From Thalia democratica (Eukaryota), in the NCBI GenBank assembly GCA_965202585.1, contig OZ241830.1, forward strand, positions 70,804,001 through 70,868,000: a stretch of 64,000 nucleotides of DNA. Direction: 5' to 3'. The translations under genes were made by a program, and so were the position numbers. This document shows positions 27,901-38,769 of the stretch, one piece after another (the stretch's first letter is position 1; each line of letters starts with the position of its first letter). A model generated the notes under the pieces. That model was given only the letters and a program-made list of their open reading frames with translations. It was not told the origin of the DNA and made no database searches.

Positions 27901-30900
27901 TTATTACCGATATAAAATTCAAATGAATCCCTAAATCTAGTTTTTAAATGTATGCAACATACTTGTTGTAACGAATTGCTTACCTTACAAATTCATTAGA
28001 GATTTTAGTTTTAAATGACCCAACTTTTAATAAGCATTCTGCGTTCAATTGACAATGGTCTTACGGCAACTCTAGTTCCTAAATTTGTCAATCTTTACGT
28101 TATTCAATTATTTCAATTTAAATAAATATTGGTTTAGCATAGAGATTTGAATTAAGATTCATTAAATATATTTATTCTCAACAAAACTAAATTTAGATAC
28201 AATTTCGTATTTTTAGTTGTTATAACATTGTTTTGTTCGTATTATTGTGATGTTAACTAAAATTTTCTTTCTATGGTTTCTTTTTAATCAATCTAATATA
28301 TATATCTATATATTTTGTTTTATTCTCCTATTATTCTCAGAACATACTGATTTTTAAATTAAAATTTGCTCTTAGTATTTTATCATTAACTGTCATCTTG
28401 TCGCGCTGGTTTATATAAATATTTCCAGATTAATTCTTTAAACAACATTTAACTTAAACTTACAGATAATAATTACAGCTCGAATATACTTCTTACATAA
28501 AAGCTTTGTGATTTTTTAGTCTTAGTTTCACGACCTGTAAAACTTATTAAGTCTTCTACCTCCAAACATTATATGTGTCTCTAAATTTAAAAATTAAACA
28601 ACAGACAACTTAACTTATGTTTTTATTATAATCAAGGCCAGTTCAAAAACCATTTTAATTTTGGGGTCTCGTTTAGTTATTGTTTACAGTAATTTTGATA
28701 ACTCCATATAGAGCCATTTTTTTTTGTATTTCATACATAGTGGTCTTGTCTGAGTTGTATTTTTGGAAAATTTTCAATAAAATGAAAAACATTAAAAATA
28801 AGTACTACATTTTGAGTCTTATTAAATCTAAACTGTTTGGTTTAACAATGCCTCAATATTTCATACATGTTTCAATAACTAAAACATTTAACCAAATACT
28901 ATGTTATAACTTATTGCCCATCTTTTCTTAACGATTCTGATCATTTATACTTCTTCTCCATATATCACCAAAATAAAACTCAATGAAATAAGGCAAATTA
29001 ATTCTCGTTTCAAATGTCTGCGAGTTTTCCGAATGTAACTACTTCGTTGTAGCATTCATTGTACTCAATGTAGTTTTTTCTAATGTTATGGGATCGTTTT
29101 CCATTGGATAAGTATTGGCTTAAAGTTCAACAAAACTTGAAATTAGTTGAAAAATGTGTACTAATGATTTCTTTCCTCTTAACAAAATTACATCATATTT
29201 TAGTTAATAATTCATTGATGCTACTGTAGAATTTTTTAAAATTGTAAAAGTGTAAAAACATGTTTGTATGGTTTTTTATGAAATTATTCTAATGTCTTAA
29301 TTTATAAGTCTAATTTGTTATTATGCTTCAAATTTCTTATTTCATAAATTAATTCTATTAATAACTAAAGTTAGATCCAGTTTTATACTTTTAGTTAACA
29401 CTTTATTGTTTTTTTGATATTAAAGTAAAGTTATTTTAAGGTTTACTTAAAAATAATCTATGTGTTCTTTTTAATAAATGTTATTTGTGTATAAGTCTAT
29501 TTTGTTGTTATATTCTGTTTTTTTTTGTTTGTCTGTTTAGTTCTATTTCTTACCCAATAAGTAAAGACTAAATATAGTTGTATATATTTATATTTAAAGT
29601 GTACTTTGCATGTTTTGGAAATCTTATAGGGTCGTTAAAGGTAGCATATTTATTTATAAGTGAATAAAACTCTTGGATTAACTTAAATACATGTTTCAAT
29701 CTTAACGACATTAAATTGTATCCAGTTTCGTATTGTTAGGTAACTTATGATTTCTTATGACTGTCAAGTTATTTTATTTTTTGTTAAACCTTAACTTTGA
29801 GCGTTTGTTATTGAGAGTTAATGCTGTTTCGTATTTAGTTCTACTAGCAGCCCAAAACTAAGCATAATTTTTTTTTTAACATATAGGTTTAAACTAAAAG
29901 TAAAGCTTAATGTTTTATAGTATATATCCATGGTGTTGTACTATGAATGATGTAGTTTTATAGTAGACAACCTTGGTATTATTCTATAAGTAACACAACA
30001 GTTTTGCATTGTAGTTTAGTTTATCAGTATTTATTGTAATTCAAATAGTTAAACTATTTTATGGTATTTATTTTATTTATTTAATTAGTAGTTATGGTAC
30101 TAAGTCTCATAAGTATCAAATAAAATTTTTGTTTAGTATTTAACTATCTTGTAGAATGTTTGTTTATAAAAGTCAGTTAAAAGATGTTCACGTCACTATT
30201 TCAGTTTAATTTCAATTAAACATACTACGTGTTATTTATTTTCCTTAAAATTTATAAACAACCACATGGATTTATTTGACAATAAAAGCAAAGTTTCAAC
30301 GATTCAACAGTTTTAAATAGTTGTTGTAATTAAATTTGTTATAATTATTCTTTTGTAATCGACTTTAGATGCTATTTTTTTTAAGTACGATAATATGTCG
30401 TATAAGTAGCAAATGATAAGACAAAAGAAAATAACTAAAGTAACTGCTATTACAACTATATCGTCTATTTATAAAAGTTTAAGTACACTTATAATACTCC
30501 TCTTAATTGTTCTTAGTTTTCATAAGATTAAGAGTCATTTTTGAGTTTTAAACTCAACCTATAGTTTTATAAGTTTTTATATATTTGAGCTATCAAAAAC
30601 TTTAGCTGTAAAAAAAGCGTTCTAAAATTACGGATAATCAAAAATAGATTGACTTAAATTAATAGTTTATCAATGATAATAGAATACTTTATGAATTTGT
30701 TTAATAGACTGACCCTGTTTTCAATTTATTTCAATTCTTATTTTAAATCAATATTTTTTGATAATTATATAAGTTTTCAATAATATAAGTGTTTAAGGTC
30801 TAATTGATATTATTTAAAGATAGGCCTCACATTAAACTATTGAATAAATTTAATTAAATATAATGAGTATAACAAAAATAGCAAGCTATACATACAAACT

Positions 30901-31023
30901 ATACTAAGTACTGTTTATTGTAAATTGAAGTTATTGAAACCTGTGGTAAACAACAAAAAAGAACGTACTCTTTTAATTATTTTGGTATTTATCTAAGAAC
31001 AAAGTAGTTTTATAGTCTTATAA

Positions 31024-31322
31024 CAGGGGTCAGCACTCATATGTAACTCGCGGGCCTAGGAAAAATTGCTAACGGACCGCACTACTTAGAAACAAACCTT
31101 TGATGGCCGCATCTATTTAAATAAAGTTCTGGTAATATTAGAAAAATATTATTAAAATCAAAAATATGATAAATTGACCAATATTAAAGCATAAATAAAG
31201 AAATAAGAGCCTAACTGTAAGTTTTTACTTCAAAATATTGTTTTTTAAAAATATACTTTGGTTGAAAAGAAGCTCGCGGGCCGCATATTTTGACTTCGAG
31301 GGCCGCAGTTTGCCGACCCTTC
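31024..31322. mobile_element. hAT-family MITE
   Basis: Termini CAGGGGTCAGCA..TTTGCCGACCCTTC with a perfect 8-bp TSD TCTTATAA (31016-31023, 31323-31330). Confidence 0.85.
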
Positions 31323-31640
31323 TCTTATAAAATTATCTTATAGCTTAATGGATATTAAACTTAGTATTCTCAAGTGTTTAACGTTTTAGATCACATCCTC
31401 GAAAAAAGTTATTACTATATTGATAGCTTTACCTTGTTTCATTTGTGATAGCAGTTTAGACTTATACTTTTAAATTTTTACTTTAACTATTAGAACTTTA
31501 GATAACTCATACTTTCATATGATTCAATAATACTTGCTTAGAAATACATAATTCAAAATTGTTTTTAAAAAAAGTAAAATTTAACTCAATTTAACCTTTT
31601 TAACATTTATATAGTAGATATATTCATAACTATCAAAAGA

Positions 31641-31709
31641 GCAATGGCGTAGAGGTGAGTGTCGGGGCACGCGCAACAAATAACCTGAGTTCAAGTCCGC
31701 GCAGTGGCA
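31641..31709 (+). ncRNA. tRNA-like Pol III cassette type 1 (copies 33960-34027, 60826-60894, 63157-63225)
   Basis: A box TGGCGTAGRGG, B box GAGTTCAAGTCC at tRNA spacing, T-run within about 10 nt downstream. Acceptor and T stems do not pair, so it is not a canonical tRNA. Confidence 0.5.
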
Positions 31710-32492
31710 TTTTATTCTACATAGAGATTCACTGTTTTTTTTTTAATTGATATTCTATTAGCTATTATAAAATGAGGTTATAAGCAATGCAATAATTTTG
31801 TTTTATTGATTTAAGATTATGTAAATGTAAACAAATATTGTATTTCAACAAACTATAGCGAATTAAACTCGTGATTTCGGAGTATATCCAGTGTATTTAC
31901 TTGCTTATTTCCTTTAGGCATTTGTCTTAGCTGAGCTGGCTTATACGAATGAATATAATTCAAACAAAATATTATTATCAAGCTATAAAAATTCATCTAA
32001 TAGCAGTCAAACGGTCTAAATCAATATTTATTTTACCTAAAAATAGAATCTAAAGCTTAAGGTAGTAGTGAAAAAATAAGTTTTAATTTTTAAAACACAA
32101 CATGCATTTTAATATTAAGATACTTTATAAGAAATACAAAAATTTTACATAGACAACCTTTTTCATTTTATAATATTGTATACTTATTTGTCTATTAGAT
32201 TAGTTTATAAAATATCCCAGCGCATGTAACTCTTTAGTTTTTAATTAAAAAACTCTGTTACAAATTTGTTTTTACTTTCAATGTTAATTTGAACATTAAA
32301 CAAACATATTAGCGTGAACACATCTCTAATGTTGGATTTCTAACATTAAAATTAAAGTATAAGTTATATTTTAAAAACTGAAAGTCCTCCAATTAATTGG
32401 ACACGCTTTGTTCTGACCCTAGCACATTAATTCCAACTTTGTACTCCTTTCTCATAAGAAAATATATGTTTCAAATCAAGTTTAACCGACAA

Positions 32493-32564
32493 GCAGTGAT
32501 GGCCCGGTGGTCAAGGCGGTGGAATGGAAATCAAGACTTTGCGTTTTCGAACCCGACATGTGCC
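32493..32564 (+). pseudogene. tRNA-Ser-derived cassette (copies 34778-34847, 61696-61767, 63979-64000 partial)
   Basis: GCAGTGATGGCCCGGTGGTCAAGGCGGTGGA-ATGGAAA-TC(C/A)AG resembles eukaryotic tRNA-Ser(TGA). Loop reads GGA, variable arm is lost, TTCGAACC T-loop is present, acceptor stem only 3/7 paired, poly-T follows. Confidence 0.6.
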
Positions 32565-34900
32565 AGTTTTTTTGTTTCTAACCTGTCAGTTCAAAATTAT
32601 TTGCAAGATGCTCTACTATGTTTATGTATAAATAGCACTTTCGAAAATTTAAAAATAATTGTTCAATGGCTAATTATAATAAACAAAATAAAAAACTAAT
32701 AAAATCTAAACGTGCCTTTTAGGCTAGTTGCTTATTTTTGAAGTTTTTGTTTTATACTCTATTGTTTTTACTTTAATTTACAAGTTATATATAAATAAAG
32801 TTAAACTTTTTATGGTAGTCAGTTTTTTTTTTCCCAAAGTAACATGTTCACTCTTTTTTCTTTTCAAAAAACTTAAATAATATATATTTCTTTAGTCAGC
32901 CTATAGCCAGAAAAAAAAATAGCGTTAAAATTTTCACGAGTTTAACAATTCCTAGTTTTATTTTAATAATCTTTATTAATAATTAAACACCTAATTAAGC
33001 ACCCTTTTGAGAAAAAATTAGAGATTTATGATGATTTTGTAACTGTTTATCTTATTTATAACAAGACAAACTAAATAAACTAATAAAAATTGTTTTTGAA
33101 ACTAATACTTTATAAATAGACAATATTTTGTTTTTGTGCGTTATTGAGTTTAATTAATACAAGTATTGCATCAAATATGTGTTTATATTTTAATTTAGAG
33201 ATTTAAGACGACATTTGCTACTTTTAAAATATCTGAGATTTCTTTTTTTGTAAAATAATACCAAAATTTTTAGAGTACATACTTTCCTTGAGGAGCACTT
33301 TAAAATTTTGTTCAACGTGCGTTTTCAAGGGGAATACTTCTCTGCATAGTAAGTTTTGTTTGATAAAATATAATTTGAACGTCTGGAAAATATCTAACAT
33401 ATTTTAAGTAAATATAATAAGTACTAAAAATAATAAAACTATAAAACTAGTTAAAATAAATTGAATAAATGTTATTATTCTGTACCTTAATTTAAATCAA
33501 ATAAAACTAGATCAATACTTATTTTTTTTAAATCTAGCCAATATTTGTTTATTAAAAAAATATACTACCTACAGTTATCATAAAAAAGCTACTTTCGAAT
33601 AAATTTTTCATTGCGTTGCTGTTGACTGCCGTAAAATTCAATGAAAGCTAATTATCAGTATTAAGATCCTTCAACAGCTCAATAGTTTCCTGGTCGTATA
33701 TATTTTGTTCATCAAGTTAAAGTTATTACTTTATTGATAGCAGAATTTTATTTCATTTGTAACAGCAGTTTAGACTTATACTTTTTAGTTTTTACTTAAG
33801 CTATTAGAACTTTAAATACATACTTTCATATGATTCAATAATGTTAGCTTACAAATACATAGTTGAAAAATATTATTGAAACTTAGAATAAAGTAAAATT
33901 TAACTCAAGTAACTTGTTTAGTATTTTATATAGTATATATACTCGATTTACCCAAACGAGCAATGGCGTAGGGGTGGGTGTCGGCGGGCGCGCAGCGAAA
34001 AACCTGAGTTCAAGTCCGCGCAGTGGCTTGTTTTTCTAGAAAGAGGTTCACTACTTTTTTAATTGATATTCTATTAGCTTATTAAAAATTTTTTTATGAT
34101 TTAAGATTATTTAAATGTAAACAAACATTGTAGTTTAATATACTATACCGAATTAAACCCGTTATTTCGTCTCGGAGTATATCCAGTATAATGAATTGCT
34201 TATTTTCTTTAGGCATTTATCTTAGCTTAGCTGGCTTATACGAATGATTATAATTAAAAAAAAATATTATTATCAAGCTATAAAAATTCATATAACAGCA
34301 GTCTAAATCAATATTTATTTTACCTAAAAACAGAATCTAAAAATCAAAGTATTAGTAAAAAGATAAGTTTTAATTTTAAAAGTAAACAACATGCATATTG
34401 ATATTAAGATACTTTATAAAAAATACAAAAATATTACATAGATAACCTTTTTTATTTTATAATATTATATACTTATTTGTCTATTAGGTTGGTGTTTAAA
34501 ATATCTCAGCGCATGTAACCCTTTAGTTTTTAACAAAAAACTCTGTTAAAAATTTGTTTTTACTTTCAATGTTAATTTGAACCTTAAACTAACATATTAG
34601 CGTGAATCATCTCTAATGTTGTATTTGTAACATTAAAATTATAGTATAAATAATACTTTAAAAACAGAAAGTCCTCAAATTAAATGTACACGCTTTGTTC
34701 TGACCCTAGCACATAAATTCCGACTTTGTACTCCTTTTTCATAACAATATATATTTCAAATCAAGTTTAACCGACAAGCAGTGATGGCCCAGTGGTCAAG
34801 GCGGTGGAATGGAAATCCAGACCTTGAGTGTTCGAACCTGACATGTGTTTTTTTTTTGTTTCTAACCTGTCAGTTCAAAATTATTTGCGAGATTCTACTA

Positions 34901-35195
34901 CAGGGTTTCCCAAACTTTTTTGCTAATGGCCCCCTTTAAAGAGTTTGAAAAAGTAATGGCCCCCTTCAACATATAGATTGCTCATAAACTACAATAAAAT
35001 ACACATAAGACCTTTTTTTTTTGCTCTTCATCTGCAACTCAAGAATATCTAGTGTAAGTTTCAAGTTATGGTCTCATGGCCCCCCTGTGGCTCCTTTACT
35101 GCTCATGGCCCCCCTCTTCCCCTTTGCTGCTCATGGCCCCCTGAGTATCTGTCATGGCCCCTAGGGGGCCACTTGGCCCACTTTGGGAAACCCTG
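34901..35195. mobile_element. hAT-family (Charlie-like) MITE at the junction between AT-rich backbone and protease exon
   Basis: Perfect 14-bp TIR CAGGGTTTCCCAAA..TTTGGGAAACCCTG with internal ATGGCCCC repeats. The flanks TTCTACTA and GTCTATGC do not match. Confidence 0.8.
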
Positions 35196-35347
35196 GTCTA
35201 TGCTGTCATCATTCGGCCTATTCAGTTCGTACTTATAATGTTGAAAAGTTGTTGTGAACCTATTACTTTTGTTGCTCTCAGTTGGTTTCGATCGTTATAA
35301 CGGCCACCGGCCTTGACAACTAAACCTTCCATGAGTAACGGTCGCTC
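35196..35347 (-). pseudogene. Disabled continuation of the second (pseudo-protease) domain beyond the TAA
   Basis: Reading through the TAA gives ERPLLMEGLVVKAGGRYNDRNQLRATKVI, which parallels domain-1 IAVTAGTIYNE..RRTVV. Two 1-nt shifts then give VHNNF and QHYKYELNRPNDDSID before the hAT MITE at 35195. Confidence 0.6.
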
Positions 35348-36520
35348 TTATTCTTCTTCTGGTTCCAACCATTCTATATCCAATATATCAACTGGATTGT
35401 TACGATGGGGTCCTTTTGTGTGCTCCAAGGGATATTTATCAAAACAGCTAGCGGCAGTTAAAACCCACCTTTTGCCAATTATAGCTCCTTGGCAAACGAT
35501 GATCTCGTGATCTCTGTTCCGGTACTTCACCGATATTGAAACGTGGTAAGGCGCATCGTGGTCATCCGCATCCGATCCCCGCTGCTTGAAAATCATGTTC
35601 GGAGTTTGCGATCGCATTTTCTCCTCCATCCAGCCGACGTAATCGACTGATTTCACCGCTTTGCAAGGCCTGCTCCAGTGGCCCTTCATCTCCCATTCAT
35701 TTGCGCCGCAAGAAACAACGCCGTGCACAACATCGTACCGATTATCTGCTGGAAGTCGCCGCTCGCAAGCCACCGGGCCTCCCGAGTCGCCCGAAGTGCT
35801 GCCACTGCACTCACCCGGATTTTCAACTTCAATACTGCAGTGAGCGAACATGTTATCAAATGTCCTTTGAACAGTCAAACGATCTTTAACTTGTAAAATG
35901 TCTGGAGTCTTCCCTCTTTCGTTTATATCACCCCAGCCGGAAATTTTGCAAGACCACCCGACCCGCGGCTCGTTTCTGAAAGGCAATATGGCGGGCCGTA
36001 TATTTTCTATAGGTTCATCGTAAAGTTTATTTCTGAGAAGCACCAAGCCGATGTCGTACCTGTTAGCACTTAACTTTACAGGCTCCGAGTGGAAGTTTTC
36101 GTGCAAGTAAAATTTTTCCGAGACGACAGTTCTGCGGGTGGGATCCTGTTGATTCAATTCATTGTATATGGTGCCTGCAGTAACTGCAATTCTCAGTATT
36201 TCAACTTTGTAGCTGGCTGAGTCTCTATTGAAACAGTGCGCCGCTGTCATAACCCACCGACTGTTCAGCAGAGATCCACCGCAGAAATGTCGAAACTTGT
36301 TAGCATCTAAACGATTAGGCGACCGAATGACGTCTTCTTGATAATAATAATATTCAGGGTCATCATTTAGGTTGAGTGTTTTTGCGTATTCGAGAAACTT
36401 CAAGGACACTTGGTACGGAACTTCTCCCACATCTGCGTTGCGCCCGTTCTTTACTTGCCCGTTTACAAGGCACGAGCAAGTTAATAAAAACAAAAAACTC
36501 AATCTGATCTTCCAATCCAT
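35348..36520 (-). CDS. Secreted trypsin-family (S1A) serine protease followed by the N-terminal part of a catalytically inactive second S1 domain (single-exon ORF)
   Basis: 403-aa ORF. Likely start is MDWKIRLSFLFLLTCSCLVNG (signal-peptide-like; ATG at 36520). Domain 1 has HFCGGSLL, TAAHC (His57), YDIGLV (Asp102), SGWG and GDSGGP (Ser195). Domain 2 begins APYHVSI..VCQGAIIGKRWVLTAASC (His to Ser) and stops at a TAA at 35348-35350. Confidence 0.85.
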   Translation of the reverse strand: MDWKIRLSFLFLLTCSCLVNGQVKNGRNADVGEVPYQVSLKFLEYAKTLNLNDDPEYYYYQEDVIRSPNRLDANKFRHFCGGSLLNSRWVMTAAHCFNRDSASYKVEILRIAVTAGTIYNELNQQDPTRRTVVSEKFYLHENFHSEPVKLSANRYDIGLVLLRNKLYDEPIENIRPAILPFRNEPRVGWSCKISGWGDINERGKTPDILQVKDRLTVQRTFDNMFAHCSIEVENPGECSGSTSGDSGGPVACERRLPADNRYDVVHGVVSCGANEWEMKGHWSRPCKAVKSVDYVGWMEEKMRSQTPNMIFKQRGSDADDHDAPYHVSISVKYRNRDHEIIVCQGAIIGKRWVLTAASCFDKYPLEHTKGPHRNNPVDILDIEWLEPEEE

Positions 36521-38769
36521 AAGTAATGAGTGCCAGGTTAATTTTATCAAATCAAACAAAAATGTTTGTTATGTTTTAAAATATCTTGTGCTACGTAATA
36601 ACTGGTTTATTTAGATTTAGATTATCGCTACAAAAAGTTATAAATTTTCAATGTCGATTTTTCAGTAAGCGATAAAAGAGAAATATGAAGCTAATAATTT
36701 TTAACTATACTTTTTAGTCTTTCAGCATGGAAACAATATTGAGCTTAGTACATTATTCTACTAATTTTTACATTTTAAACTGGAATAAACGCACACATCA
36801 TTTCACCATTTCAATCATGACATCTGTATAGTGACATTTCATTGTTTTTAACATAGCGTCTAACAAAAAATAAGTTTTGTTTTATTATTTAAATATACAA
36901 TGATGTTGCCTGGGCTAAAATCACTCAGCTGTTTTACAGTGAAATTTAAATTTTTATAAATCATTTTAAAAATTAAACTTAAAGCTTTTATAAGTTTATC
37001 TTATAAGTTCATCAAAATGTACAAAAAAGTGTAAGTTCTTTTTCTAATAATTAGGTCAAAATTTCAATTAAGTAATTTTTAAGTCGTAAATGCTTACATT
37101 GTTTTCTGAGTTACTTGGGTTTTATGTGAAAACGCTTCTGTAACAGGTACGGTAGTCTCGTCAGGAGCCAGATTATTATTAGCTTTGGAGCAATCTGATC
37201 TTAAATTAATCCCTCGGTTTGCGACTGACTGCTAAATGGTTTAAGAGCTAAAACCATTTTTATTTTGTTTAGAAATAAAAATAAACATGTACTGCAAAGT
37301 ACTAATATACTTTCTTCCACAGTAAAATAAGAATCACAACTGAAATCGTTTGGCAATTATTTCAAATTTATCTACTTTAAGAGGTTTCACTCAGTTCACG
37401 ACTCCAGTTGTGTTGCAACGGATGGAAGATACAACTTACTGGTTCAGGACGTGGTGGCCACTCATGCTTCCTCGTTGGTACCGGATGTGGAGCGCGCGAT
37501 ATAAGTATTCAAATGTTTGCTGTAAGTATTGTTCATCTCCTTTTATAAGTTGATTTAAAGTTAAAAACATTTTTGAGATTTTATGTTACTTACAAGTTTT
37601 TAAGTACATTTTTATACACAGAATTGAGTTATTTTTCATTAAGTTTTTTTTTTTTATTTCGTTTAACTAATTTTTTTATCACTAAAGTTTAAAATATTTA
37701 AATGATAAAAATTAAAATATAATAGCTCGTAAGAAACTTTAGTAGCATGTGGTGCACGACTCGATAACCGAAAGGTTCCTTTGTACACCAGACCCTTTGA
37801 CCAAACTTTTTGATCGCTTTTGTTTATCGTTCAACAAAAATATATAAGTAGTTGAAATTCACAAATGATAGCTAGAAACGTTAAGTTTGTACCACCAAAT
37901 GCGTGGGCTTATTCTGCAGAAGTAAATGTTCAAATTAACTTGATCAAGTAGTTGTCGCAGGAGATTCAGCTGAGTTGGTGCCACCGTACACGTTGGCTTA
38001 TGATGCAAAGGTCAATGTTTAAGTTGATACAGATGAACATTAAAATTTGTATAGAATGAGATACAAAAACTGCAAAGTTAAAAAGAAAAGTATAAAGGAA
38101 AAAGTAAATGTTTGAAACAAAGCAAAGGAAAAATTGAATAAGAATTTTTTGCCGGAGAATCAGCTAGCTTTGCAAAATGACGGCTTACGTTTAAAGCGCT
38201 ATATTCTTTTCGTGTGTCATAAAAGTTAAATAGTTTTTATGCAACGATCAGCTCTAATTAATATTATTTGCTCGATGCAACATTTTTGAAATCGAGATTT
38301 TTATGTTTAAAGAGTTTTTGATCTAATACTGTTTTGAAACGATATTATGTAGATACTTTACATTTTGACAATCTAAGCTTGGAAAGACTATTTTTGTCTA
38401 TGTTTAAGTTTGGAAAGACTTTTTTTCTGCAATCACCTTCATCTGGTTGTATATTCTTTTATTATTGTGTTTAAATATTTAATATATAAAAAACAGTCAA
38501 GCGAAATAGACTTGTTTAAGTTTTGGTAACTCAACTATTTGTTGTAAACATACTGGTACATACATCAACTAGGACAAAAATAGTGATTTTGTAATTTAAA
38601 GTACCTTGAACATTAGATTCTTCTACTAATTCTATAACTTAGTTCTATTTATAAACTTAAATTATTTTTTTTGTTAACTTAGAAAATATACTTAAATTTT
38701 GATGTATTTCAATTTAATTAAAGTCTTTACAGTTTTAGTATAACTATTTTATTCTCATTTAGTTATATA

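Larger units (their letters stand above)
6960..34900. repeat. About 29-kb tandem segmental repeat, copy 1
   Basis: Collinear blocks with copy 2: 6960-8560/35665-37295, 9955-10215/37296-37577, 13602-23060/42315-52855 (with an extra ~1.1 kb at the gap), 24400-25030/57620-58330, 29790-34800/58975-64000. Confidence 0.9.
31420..34900. repeat. Tandem unit of about 2.3 kb (A-type complete, B-type cut by MITE); also 60605-64000
   Basis: Anchor GATAGC..TTTCATTTGT..CAGTTTAGACTTATAC at about 31422 and 33736; the units are roughly 85% alike. Confidence 0.85.

Noticed and set aside
32493-32564. Functional tRNA-Ser(GGA)
   Set aside because: Acceptor stem 3/7 paired, no variable arm and a poor T stem; kept as a pseudogene or tRNA-like cassette.
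32397-32699. ORF 32397-32699 and its copy 61600-61869
   Set aside because: Non-ATG start, overlaps the tRNA-Ser-like cassette, and is broken in the B-type unit.
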